A stretch of DNA of 64,000 nt from Fidelibacterota bacterium (lineage in GTDB: Bacteria > Fidelibacterota > Marinisomatia > Marinisomatales > S15-B10). The notes under the pieces were generated by a model. It had not been told where the DNA came from, did no database searches, and saw only the letters and a program-made list of their open reading frames with translations. Below are positions 30,649 to 39,290 of the stretch, one piece after another. The position numbers were made by a program, and so were the translations under genes. The stretch is taken from contig JBHIAI010000001.1 of assembly GCA_046861655.1 (NCBI GenBank), positions 32,001 to 96,000 on the forward strand, in the 5' to 3' direction. Position 1 is the stretch's first letter. Every line of letters starts with the position of its first letter.

Positions 30649-31226
30649 TATTCAGGGTAGCCGTCGATGATTTCCTTTCGGCGGAAGCAGTCCATGGTAT
30701 GGTCGTTCACCATGCCAGTCGCCTGCATATGAGCATAGCAAATGGTGGAGCCCACGAACTTGAATCCACGCCGGCGAAGGTCTTCACTCAGGGCGTCAGA
30801 CTCAGGGCTGGTTGCCCGGTAATCCTTCAACGTTCTGATTTCATTCACCATAGGTTTACCATTCACAAAACGCCAGATGTAGGCATCGAAGCTGCCAAAT
30901 TCCTCCTGAACCTCGAGAAACTGTGTGGCGTTATGGATCGCGGCCGCCACTTTCAGGCGGTTGCGGATGATGCCGGGATTGTTCAGGAGCGAGTCAACCT
31001 TTGTCTGATCATAGCGGGCAACTTTTTGGGGATCAAACTGATCGAAGGCCTGTCGGTAGGTCTCCCGCTTTCGGAGCACCGTGTACCAGCTTAAGCCCGC
31101 CTGGGCCCCTTCCAGGGTAAGGAACTCGAAGATAAGTCGATCGTCGTGGACCGGGACCCCCCACTCGTTGTCGTGATAGTCGACGTAGTCTTGTTTGTCA
31201 GGATCGACCCAGGGACATCTCACCAT
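30648..31226 (-). CDS. tag: DNA-3-methyladenine glycosylase I
   Basis: YHDNEWG, LEGAQAGLSW, IIRNRLK and GMVNDH..C motifs. Confidence 0.95.
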   Translation of the reverse strand: MVRCPWVDPDKQDYVDYHDNEWGVPVHDDRLIFEFLTLEGAQAGLSWYTVLRKRETYRQAFDQFDPQKVARYDQTKVDSLLNNPGIIRNRLKVAAAIHNATQFLEVQEEFGSFDAYIWRFVNGKPMVNEIRTLKDYRATSPESDALSEDLRRRGFKFVGSTICYAHMQATGMVNDHTMDCFRRKEIIDGYPE

Positions 31227-31379
31227 ACCACCTAAGTTTAGTGAAAAAAGCCCACCCTCGCAGGACTTTCTGCGTAAATTCCGGCGGCTGTGGTGGGACG
31301 GTAGCGAGCGAATCCCGCAAGTGTGCTGAAGAATCTACGGCAGGGATACCGACGAGTACAGTCAGGGGAGAACCAGAAG

Positions 31380-32018
31380 ATGAGCTGTTGTCAGTGTCAG
31401 GGTATTGAGACCTTTTTCAGTGATAAGATGGCCGCCCGGGAACTCAAGCGTTACCGGAAAAAGGGACCTTCCAAAACTACCCGGATGCTCATCGAGGCCC
31501 TTACCACGGAAGGGGTAGATGGGAAGACGCTCCTTGACATCGGTGGAGGCGTGGGGGCCATACAGCATGAACTGATGACATCGGGGGTGTCCAAGGTCAC
31601 GAACGTGGATGCGTCGGAGGCCTACATTCAGGCTGCCAGTGAGGAGGCCCAGCGGCGAGGTCTCGCCGATCGTGTAACCTATCATCACGGAGATTTCGTG
31701 GACCTGGCCGCTCAGATGGAGAAAGCCGATCTGGTAACGTTGGACCGGGTAATCTGTTGTTACGATGATATGGAGACGCTAGTGGGTTTGTCGGCTGACC
31801 GGGCCCGGTGGCTGTACGCCCTGGTGTATCCCCGGGATCGCTGGCTGATGAAGAGTGCTCGTCCCGTAGCCAATCTGTTCTTCCGGATCAGGGGGAATCC
31901 GTTTCGCATATTCGTCCATCCCACCGAGGCGGTGGACGCCCGGGTTCGCAGCCGGGGCCTCCATCCCCATGTTTACCGCAAGACGTTTCTCTGGCAGGTC
32001 GTGGTCTACGTCCGCTGA
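31380..32018 (+). CDS. Class I SAM-dependent methyltransferase
   Basis: LLDIGGGVG, HGDF and LDRVICCY motifs. Confidence 0.85.
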   Translation: MSCCQCQGIETFFSDKMAARELKRYRKKGPSKTTRMLIEALTTEGVDGKTLLDIGGGVGAIQHELMTSGVSKVTNVDASEAYIQAASEEAQRRGLADRVTYHHGDFVDLAAQMEKADLVTLDRVICCYDDMETLVGLSADRARWLYALVYPRDRWLMKSARPVANLFFRIRGNPFRIFVHPTEAVDARVRSRGLHPHVYRKTFLWQVVVYVR

Positions 32019-32050
32019 GGGGGTTTTTCTAGAAGGGTCTTCTTTTCCCG

Positions 32051-32677
32051 CTAGTCCGTCTGTTTCTTCCTGGCGTAGTATCGCCGGACTTTGTCCCGGT
32101 TTCCGCAGTCCTTCATATCGCACCATCGGCGTGACCGGTTTCGGCTCATGTCGAAAAAGAGCCACCCGCACCCCCGGTCGTCCGCGCACTCTCCCACCCT
32201 GTCGATCTTCCCGGAGGTAAGCAAGTCTGCGGCGGAATGGGCTATGGGCCACAATATGCGGTCAAGTCCAGTCCCTTCGTCAAACCACCTCCAGTCCAGG
32301 CCGCCCTTGGTTTGAGTGAGTCTCAGGTGGGGCAGGGCTTCCGATAGGGAAGCATTCAGAATGTTCAGGTCAGATTTTTCTGGTTCGCCACCAGCCGCGA
32401 TTCTGGAGAACATGCGGTACATAGCCTCCCGCAGGGAAATGGCTTTTTCATAAACTTTCTTTGCCGTTGAAGGCCGTTTTTTCGCCTGCTGTAGAAGTCC
32501 TACCACCTCTTGATCTTCCAGAATACCAACATCCCTGGCCCATGACACCAGATCCTCGTAGGTTTGAACGTGCTCCTCTGGATGGTCACTGCTGTGCCAT
32601 TCCAGGGTGTTGGCGAAGTCCAGACAAATCCAGCTTTCCTGCGGAGAAAGGGATTCCTGATCGTTGGGGGCTCTCAT
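32051..32677 (-). CDS. ABATE/CGNR zinc finger protein
   Basis: CLDFANT and C...CGWLFFD.SRNRSRRWCDMKDCGNR motifs. Confidence 0.92.
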   Translation of the reverse strand: MRAPNDQESLSPQESWICLDFANTLEWHSSDHPEEHVQTYEDLVSWARDVGILEDQEVVGLLQQAKKRPSTAKKVYEKAISLREAMYRMFSRIAAGGEPEKSDLNILNASLSEALPHLRLTQTKGGLDWRWFDEGTGLDRILWPIAHSAADLLTSGKIDRVGECADDRGCGWLFFDMSRNRSRRWCDMKDCGNRDKVRRYYARKKQTD

Positions 32678-32717
32678 TGGGGTCGAGAGATTCCTTTTTC
32701 TTTCGAGGCGTTGCGTG

Positions 32718-32764
32718 TAACCATCAAAAAGTACTTGACAGGTTATATTCTTCTTTCATACATT
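32718..32764. promoter_or_regulatory. Inverted repeat overlapping the promoter between the CGNR gene and the arginase-like gene
   Basis: TAACCATCAA-N7-TTGACAGGTTA (32718-32745) contains TTGACA; TACATT lies 18 bp downstream of it. Confidence 0.55.
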
Positions 32765-32892
32765 CACACCAACAAGATGAATTTAGATAGTTATAGAAGC
32801 AGAGTCAAGGATATTCGGGATGTTCCTGAATCATCAGCCGTTTTCCCAGGTTGGATCAGGTCATCCAAGGGAATGAGACGGGACCCCGGCAA

Positions 32893-33801
32893 GTGAGAAG
32901 AATCGGACTTCTTGGCGTTCCCTCTAGTGCCGGGGCAAGACAGAAAGGACAGGAAAAGGGACCTCGGGCGCTCCGCAAGGCGTCGCTGCTTGAGAAGATG
33001 GGTACAACCGGATTGGACATCCATGACTTTGGCGATCTGCCGGAGGTGTCCTACCGGCCCGATAGCGTGAATCCCAGGGGTCAGAATCTGGACCTGGTGG
33101 TATCGGTCGCGAAGAGCGTCTCAGATAGGGTCAACGGGATAGTAAAAGAAGGTTTTTTCCCGGTGGTCATGGGAGGGGACTGCACCATCACCCTGGGAGT
33201 CCTGGATGGGGTAATCCCGAATAAGCCCGGCCTGGGCCTGATCTACTTTGATGGGGATGTTGATATAAACACGCCGGATACCACGGTGTCCGGGATTTTC
33301 GATGGCATGGGTCTTGCGCATATCATCGGGAAAGGAACGGAGCCACTTACCCACTTGGGTACCCGGTATCCCCTCATGCCGGAAAAGAACGTACTACTTT
33401 TCGGCTACAATGAGGAGGCTGGGTTGATGGACGCCTGGGAAAAGGAAACGTTGTCCACCTGTCAAATGATGGAGTACCCTGTGGAAAAAATTAGAGGTAA
33501 GCCCAGAGAGTCCGCCGGACGCGCGGCAGGTGAACTGGCAAGCAAGGTCGATTCCATTCTCCTTCATTTCGATGTAGATGTAATCGATGATGACGACTTT
33601 CCGGTGGCGGATGTCCCTCACCCTGGGGGCCTAACATTCGACGAAGCGATGGAGGCACTTTCTGTGTTCCTATCTTACCAGGAAGTTACGGGTCTGGTTA
33701 TCACGGAATTCAACGCCAACCGGGATGTTCAAGGTTTTCAAGCGGGCAGACTCGTGGAAGCGGTGGTCAATGCATTCGGAACGGGGACCGGGAACCTTTG
33801 A
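32893..33801 (+). CDS. Arginase/ureohydrolase family protein (non-canonical metal ligands)
   Basis: GP.ALR, DFGD, GGDCT, DGDVD, HFDVDVID and ITEFN motifs. Confidence 0.85.
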   Translation: MRRIGLLGVPSSAGARQKGQEKGPRALRKASLLEKMGTTGLDIHDFGDLPEVSYRPDSVNPRGQNLDLVVSVAKSVSDRVNGIVKEGFFPVVMGGDCTITLGVLDGVIPNKPGLGLIYFDGDVDINTPDTTVSGIFDGMGLAHIIGKGTEPLTHLGTRYPLMPEKNVLLFGYNEEAGLMDAWEKETLSTCQMMEYPVEKIRGKPRESAGRAAGELASKVDSILLHFDVDVIDDDDFPVADVPHPGGLTFDEAMEALSVFLSYQEVTGLVITEFNANRDVQGFQAGRLVEAVVNAFGTGTGNL

Positions 33802-33848
33802 CAACCAGATTTGTTTCTAGCTGTCCAATCGTTTAGGAAGGAGCTAAG

Positions 33849-33950
33849 ATGAAACAGATGAGAGTCAAATCAAGACAGGCCGGGGCCGACTGGAGGATCT
33901 TCCTTTTCCTCATAGTCGTGGAACTCAGTCCGTTCTTCTTGTTGGTGTAA
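33849..33950 (+). CDS. Putative 33-aa hydrophobic small protein
   Basis: AGGAAGGAG RBS, then MKQMRVKSRQAGADWRIFLFLIVVELSPFFLLV. Confidence 0.4.
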   Translation: MKQMRVKSRQAGADWRIFLFLIVVELSPFFLLV

Positions 33951-34115
33951 AATGTCTGAAAGCAAAGGTTGAAGATCCGCCACTTTTGGGAAAGGATCGA
34001 CTGGAGTATTTTCTTTCTAACTGGCATCATACCGCAGTACTTGCCGGAACTGTCCCGGCGGCGTTACATGACAGAAGCCCGCCCGTTATGAAAACTTCTG
34101 AGGGGTATCTTTTTG

Positions 34116-36434
34116 TTAGTTCTTGCGAGTCAACAACTTGGCCACTACCTCGCGATCGGAGGTGGGTAGCTCACAGGCATAATTCTCACAGATGTACGCC
34201 GTCGCTTTTCCATCGAGCATTTCCACGGTTTCAATAAAGGGAACATACGAGGCCAGTGTTTCCCTGGCCTTGCCGTCGTCCACAAGCAGAATAATCTTAT
34301 TCGGAATAAAGTGGGAATGGACCTCTTTCAACAGCCCTTTCGTGTCGGGGTTATTGGCCTTGCCGGCGATGATGATCTGCTTCGGCTTTGACAGACTGAA
34401 ATCGAGGGCCACGAGGAATTGTGGTAGTCCTTGGGGGGTGCTCAGTATCCTGCTCCCGAAATAGCGCAGGGATTGATCGGCCAGAGTCGCCCATTCCTGA
34501 TTGTCTGTCATCTGAGACAGCCGCAGAAGGTTTAAGATGGCGATGGAGTTCCCCGTGGGTTCAGCGCCATCGTACCATTCCTTGGTGCGGATAAGGATGG
34601 ATTCATCCGCCCCTGAAATGTCGTAGAACCCACCCTGATCCCTGTCATAAAACAGCTTATTCTGCTGTTCCGTAAGGTCCATAGCAGTTTGAAGCCAGCG
34701 GATGTCAAGGGAAGCTTCATACAGGTCCAGCAATCCCTGGGTAAAGAACGCATAATCCTCCAGATGGGCGTCGTATCTTGACTCCCCGTCGCGATATCGC
34801 CGGAGCAGCTTTTTGCCTTTCCTGTCGTACAGGTTGTCCAGGATAAACTGGGCGGACCGTTCGGCGGCGTTACGGTATCTTTCGTTGTCCAAAACCTGAT
34901 ACGCCCGGGCGAATGCGGAAATCATCAGTCCATTCCAGGAAACCAGTATCTTATCATCAAGGTGAGGTTTCGGTCGGGTTTCTCGCACCCGAAAAAGCGT
35001 TTCCCGGGCACGGGTCAGGATCGATTCCACATCGTCTACCGATAGGTCGAATTTTCTGGCTGTTTCTAGAGGTTCATGGGCTCTGAAGAGGATGTTCTCC
35101 CCTACGAACTCTTCGTGAGGATCGGATTCCGCATTGCCCTTTTCTGTTACCCCATAATGGTAGGCGAACACCTCTGCTTGCGGCGGTAACAAAACCCCGT
35201 CAATTTCACTCTTCTTCCAGGTATAAAAAGCACCTTCTTCCTTTTCGTCCGGTTTTGTGGGGTCCACTGCGCTTTCCGCATCTTCCGCTGAATAGAATCC
35301 TCCGTCCGGGTGGGTCATGTTTCCTAAGACATAGGACAGGACATCGTGAACCACGTGGGCGTAGTATGGATCGTGGGTGATCTGGTGGGCTTCCAGGAAA
35401 GAAATGACCAGCTGGGCCTGGTCGTAGAGCATTTTTTCAAAATGGGGAACGCGCCAGCGGGCGTCAGTGGCATAGCGGTGGAAACCACCTCCCATATGAT
35501 CGTACATGCCCCCGCGGGCCATTTGTTTCAGGGTCTCCAGCGACATATTCAAGGCTCTTTCATCGCCCGTTCGACTGTAGTATCGCAGCAAGAAGTTGAA
35601 CGCCGCCGGCCTGGGGAACTTGGGCGCACTTCCGAATCCCGCAAACTGCGAATCATAGCTTTCCGAGAATGAGTTGAATCCGCGCTCTAATGCGGTGATA
35701 CCCGCGTCGGTCGCCTCCACTTGCGGATCGGCTACGTTGCTGAGATAATCAGCCATCTTCCGGCTGTTGGCTAGAATATCCTGGCGCTGATTTACCCAGG
35801 CCTCGTGAATGGCGGTGAGGATCGTGGGAAAGCCCGGACGGCCGTACCGGGGCTCAGGGGGGATGTAGGTGGCACCGTAAAAAGGCTGAAGATCGGGAGT
35901 CAGAAACATGGACATAGGCCACCCACCGCTTCCCGTCATGGCCTGCAGTGCTGTCATGTACACCCGGTCTACATCGGGTCTTTCTTCGCGGTCCACTTTG
36001 ATGCTCACCACGTAGCGGTTCATCAAGGCCGCAATGGAATCGTCCTCGAAAACCTCCCTTTCCATGACGTGGCACCAGTAACAGGTGGAATAACCTATCG
36101 ATAGAAAGATGGGCTTGTCCTCTCTTCGAGCTTTCTCAAAAGCTTCTTCGCCCCACGGATACCAATCCACGGGATTGAACGCGTGCTGGAGTAGATACGG
36201 ACTTTTCTCGTTGAGGAGGCGATTCGGCTTTTCGCCCTCGGCCAGCTTTCTGGCCACAAGCTCGCGGGCGGTGTTGGCTTTGATGGTTGTGTCTCGAACC
36301 GGGTGCTGGGTTGGGGCGACCTGCGAGGTTCCGGATTCCGTCACGGATCCCGTGGTAAGAGACGGGTCGTTCTTTTTCACGGTCATGGATACTTTCGTGA
36401 TGACGAGTGCGATGACAGTCAGCAGAACAGCCAA
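34116..36434 (-). CDS. Thioredoxin-domain protein, YyaL/DUF255 family (start uncertain)
   Basis: [36 protein letters not shown] and DDKIL.SWNG motifs. Confidence 0.93.
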   Translation of the reverse strand: MAVLLTVIALVITKVSMTVKKNDPSLTTGSVTESGTSQVAPTQHPVRDTTIKANTARELVARKLAEGEKPNRLLNEKSPYLLQHAFNPVDWYPWGEEAFEKARREDKPIFLSIGYSTCYWCHVMEREVFEDDSIAALMNRYVVSIKVDREERPDVDRVYMTALQAMTGSGGWPMSMFLTPDLQPFYGATYIPPEPRYGRPGFPTILTAIHEAWVNQRQDILANSRKMADYLSNVADPQVEATDAGITALERGFNSFSESYDSQFAGFGSAPKFPRPAAFNFLLRYYSRTGDERALNMSLETLKQMARGGMYDHMGGGFHRYATDARWRVPHFEKMLYDQAQLVISFLEAHQITHDPYYAHVVHDVLSYVLGNMTHPDGGFYSAEDAESAVDPTKPDEKEEGAFYTWKKSEIDGVLLPPQAEVFAYHYGVTEKGNAESDPHEEFVGENILFRAHEPLETARKFDLSVDDVESILTRARETLFRVRETRPKPHLDDKILVSWNGLMISAFARAYQVLDNERYRNAAERSAQFILDNLYDRKGKKLLRRYRDGESRYDAHLEDYAFFTQGLLDLYEASLDIRWLQTAMDLTEQQNKLFYDRDQGGFYDISGADESILIRTKEWYDGAEPTGNSIAILNLLRLSQMTDNQEWATLADQSLRYFGSRILSTPQGLPQFLVALDFSLSKPKQIIIAGKANNPDTKGLLKEVHSHFIPNKIILLVDDGKARETLASYVPFIETVEMLDGKATAYICENYACELPTSDREVVAKLLTRKN

Positions 36435-36803
36435 AAGGCGAACCCCAGGGATTGGAAGACGTGCTTTGATGGGATATTCAGAAAAGGGAGTTAATGGCGG
36501 CCGCTTCCCCCCGCCCCTCTTGTCATGGACAGTTCCTTACTGATTGTTCTCAGAATCACGGTCTTTCTCACCGTTGCCCCCCGTCCTTATACGGGCATAG
36601 TTATGATTTCTAAACCAATTCTGCAAGTTCGTTTTGCTGGTCTGAAACTGGGCGAAAGACCAGATCCGGTTCTTCCCAGGCAATGACGCAACACTTTCTT
36701 ATCCGCCCGAAAAAATGGCGGTGCGTCTCTTAACTGGATTCCCCTGAGGAAGGATTTGAAGGGCCGAAGACCCTAGGCGGAGAGGGTCATTCGACGGAAA
36801 CGA

Positions 36804-36962
36804 TCACGAAAAGGCTGTGTCCCTGCGTTCGGTTCTGTCTGTTTGTTTCTTCCGTTCCGGTTGGCTTCTTTTTGGCCTCTTTCTCTTGCTGCGCTCAAAC
36901 CGTTCCCGGATCTCCCGCCTCTTCTCATCGGTCAGCCAGTGCTCACCAGACGGTCCGCTCAT
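36804..36962 (-). CDS. Putative 52-aa highly basic small protein
   Basis: GAGGGG RBS; MSGPSGEHWLTDEKRREIRERFERSKRKRPKRSQPERKKQTDRTERRDTAFS. Confidence 0.45.
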   Translation of the reverse strand: MSGPSGEHWLTDEKRREIRERFERSKRKRPKRSQPERKKQTDRTERRDTAFS

Positions 36963-37137
36963 TCGGCAACCCCTCTTTCCTCAGCACCAGGCCGGCCGGT
37001 ACCGGGCGACAAAAGCGCCTCCTGGCGGAGCCCTTGTGAGCCCACGTCATCCGGCGCTGGGTTTCCAGATAAGAGGTTTGAACCGGTGGAAGTAACGTTT
37101 GGGTATAGGAGAAAGCCTGTGGAGTAGAGGGGAAAGG

Positions 37138-37325
37138 CCCGTATAAGACCAATCCCCCCTGAAGTTCTTGGGTGATTGCGCGAACAAGCACTCCAAGGCA
37201 TCCAAACGGACGCTTCAGGGGGGAATTCCTTCCCGCCCAAGCGGGTTCCAGTTTGGATGCCTGAAAGTGCCGGTCTTCTCATCATCGGGAATGCTCGTTC
37301 GCGCACCTGCAATTTAGTCTACGGG
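37138..37325 (-). ncRNA. Candidate structured RNA (~190 nt; family not recognised)
   Basis: 18-bp stem 37177-37194/37288-37305; perfect 12-bp stem 37196-37207/37251-37262; hairpin 37232-37245; closing stem 37138-37152/37314-37325; crossing 12-bp pairing 37153-37164/37213-37224. All three substitution mismatches are G-U pairs only on the minus strand. Confidence 0.7.
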
Positions 37326-37434
37326 TGTGTTCTTTTCAACATCTGGTCCGCTCACAAACAGTCTGGCTCACCCAGTCTGTGTCTGTCTGTGCTCGGATGA
37401 GCTCCTGGTCCTGTTTGTTCCATACAAAGTTCCA

Positions 37435-37466
37435 AATCTAACACTCAATCTACCGTTTGTCAACGG
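37435..37466 (-). promoter_or_regulatory. Sigma70 promoter divergent from the repressor, with a palindrome over the -35
   Basis: Minus strand TTGACA (37463-37458)-N17-TAGATT (37440-37435); CCGTT-TGTC-AACGG palindrome at 37453-37466. Confidence 0.7.
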
Positions 37467-37520
37467 AATCCTGGTATATGGTACATAGTATTGAACATCA
37501 TCCCCGCCTATATTTTGAAT

Positions 37521-38228
37521 ATGAAGAGAGTAACGGAGGCAGTTAGGGAGCTTTTGAGAACGCCCGAAGCGAGGTCATGGAATCAGGATCTCCTGGCGAA
37601 AAGAATTGGGGTTAGAAGAAACACGTTGTGGCGGTGGAGGCTGGGAAAGGGAAAGCCCCATGAGGGCAACTTGATCAGCCTGGCAGAGGTATTCAAGAAA
37701 GACATCATTTGGAACGATCAGCATACGGAGATTGAGTTTGTTGAACGGACAGTAAGACAGGGAGAGGAGCTCCCCCCGTCCGTAGTGGATCGGTCACCGG
37801 GTGCCGCATGGGAGCGCCCCGATCTGGCGCCTCCGGGACTCCCCGTGGTAGCATGGGTAGCCGGGAGAGCTGAGGGTTTCTTCTCTGAAGATGGATATCC
37901 GGTGGGGAGGGGTGATGAGGAGGTCGCCAGACCCTACGATCTCGAGGATATGACGGCTTACGGCCTGAGAGTACCCGTAAAGAGGGGAGAGGCCCCGGAG
38001 CCCTTTCTGAGGCCGGGAGATAGGGTGATCTGTTCCCCGGCGGCGACCGTAAGGAACCGGGACATGGTGGTGGTCCGGATAAAAGATCAAGCCATTATCC
38101 TCAGGGAAATCCAGTTCGAAGGCGACAGGATTAGACTTGTCAGCTACAATCCGGAATATGAAGACCTGGAATTGGACAAAGATGAATTAAAGTGGGTTCA
38201 CAAGGTGGTCCATATCAAGAAGAAATGA
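37521..38228 (+). CDS. XRE-HTH plus S24 (CI/LexA-like) repressor with substituted catalytic residues
   Basis: HTH NQDLLAKRIGVRRNTLWRW..G..KP; LPVV..VAG; LRV..GEAPEP..PGD; LVSYNPEY. Confidence 0.88.
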   Translation: MKRVTEAVRELLRTPEARSWNQDLLAKRIGVRRNTLWRWRLGKGKPHEGNLISLAEVFKKDIIWNDQHTEIEFVERTVRQGEELPPSVVDRSPGAAWERPDLAPPGLPVVAWVAGRAEGFFSEDGYPVGRGDEEVARPYDLEDMTAYGLRVPVKRGEAPEPFLRPGDRVICSPAATVRNRDMVVVRIKDQAIILREIQFEGDRIRLVSYNPEYEDLELDKDELKWVHKVVHIKKK

Positions 38229-38616
38229 GGGGGGCGAAGGCCGTTTTCGGAGGCAGATTGTACGGTTGGTCGCCAGCCTGATTCCGGATAGGGTACCGGA
38301 AGCGCCTACCACGATTGCGAGAGTGAAGGAAACGAACCCTGCCAGATGAATCGGAGGGAGGGTGTTCCAGTCAGCAACTTTCCTGACCGACCAGAAGATC
38401 ACTGCCAGGCCAATGGCAGAAACCCCGAACTAGCGGAGGTTGAGGGTACCCGCCGCATCGGTTTCGGCTCCGAATGGGGACATGAAAACCGCAGGTGTGG
38501 TTTGGGCAGACAATACCGGTCTGTCCCGCGGCAGCGACGTACAGTCTTTTGTTGTTATGGTCGCGTTATAGGTGGCGTGCATACGAAAGGGTATGAAAGG
38601 GGAGTTTCTGGGGACT

Positions 38617-38826
38617 CTAGGATTCCTTCCGGGTAGACAGACCGAAAAGAGCGTACAGAGGGCAGAAGCTGACAATGCTGGTTACCAGGAACACTACAGC
38701 CAAAATACCCAGGATAATCGTCAGTAGTCCTGAAATGACCCCTGTGAAGTAAAGGGCCGCGACTAGGAGTACGAAGCCAAACCGGATTACGCGGTCAAGA
38801 GTCGACATATTCAGGTTCAATTTCAC
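38617..38826 (-). CDS. DUF2892/YgaP-like membrane protein
   Basis: NMSTLDRVIR...FCPLYALFGLST; AAGGAGG RBS. Confidence 0.9.
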   Translation of the reverse strand: MKLNLNMSTLDRVIRFGFVLLVAALYFTGVISGLLTIILGILAVVFLVTSIVSFCPLYALFGLSTRKES

Positions 38827-38848
38827 CCTACACCTCCTTGCATCGGGT

Positions 38849-38950
38849 TTATGCCCATTGTTGAATAAGAATCGCAAGAAGTGTAACGAGCCCAACACAA
38901 ACGAGGCAGACCAGCGCAAACTTGATGACCTTTGTTCGAGGGGTGTCCAC
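38849..38950 (-). CDS. Putative 33-aa single-TM peptide with CxxC
   Basis: GTG start, MDTPRTKVIKFALVCLVCVGLVTLLAILIQQWA, located between an ECF promoter and the DUF2892 gene. Confidence 0.5.
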   Translation of the reverse strand: MDTPRTKVIKFALVCLVCVGLVTLLAILIQQWA

Positions 38951-38982
38951 CGGGCTCGCCTGCTCTTGCGCCTTCGTTACCC

Positions 38983-39012
38983 TTTAGACGCAAAGAGGTC
39001 CACAAGGTTACA
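38983..39012 (-). promoter_or_regulatory. ECF sigma-type promoter
   Basis: TGTAACCTT-N13-CGTCTAAA, with boxes identical to those at 39885-39914. Confidence 0.8.
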
Positions 39013-39028
39013 TGGAGCGGGACAGATT

Positions 39029-39274
39029 CTAGACTTTCTTATCCCTTTCCAGGAACACCTGCTGTAATCGCTCATACAACCCTTGGCGGCGTCCGGCCGG
39101 GATTCTGCGCTCCCCCTGCTTACGAAAGAGCGATATGGTCCGCTGAGTAGTGTCCAGAACAACCCGGCAGTTTTGACAGGTGGCCAGGTGTTCCCGGGCT
39201 TCGGCGGTTAGTTCCTCATCCAGGTTGTGATCCATATAGTCTGACAGATACTGTATTAGGTCATCACATTCCAT
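39029..39274 (-). CDS. Zinc-finger (zf-HC2/ZAS) anti-sigma factor
   Basis: MEC...LSDY.D..L...EHLATCQNC, directly downstream of the ECF sigma gene. Confidence 0.9.
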   Translation of the reverse strand: MECDDLIQYLSDYMDHNLDEELTAEAREHLATCQNCRVVLDTTQRTISLFRKQGERRIPAGRRQGLYERLQQVFLERDKKV

Positions 39275-39290
39275 ATTAGGCCTCCAAAAC

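Noticed and set aside
36959..37312. 117-aa ORF across the structured element
   Set aside because: TTG start without an SD and no protein-like motifs; the sequence is better explained by base pairing.
37138..37325. Assignment of the structured element as 6S RNA, lysine or cobalamin riboswitch, SRP or hammerhead
   Set aside because: Size and rod shape recall 6S, and short words (GGGAAGG, AUGAUGAG) recall the others. The full consensus cores and usual gene contexts are missing, and the 12-bp crossing helix is unexplained. 6S cannot be fully excluded without cmscan.
37400..38300. Prophage around the CI-like repressor
   Set aside because: No integrase, replication, structural or lysis genes in the window.
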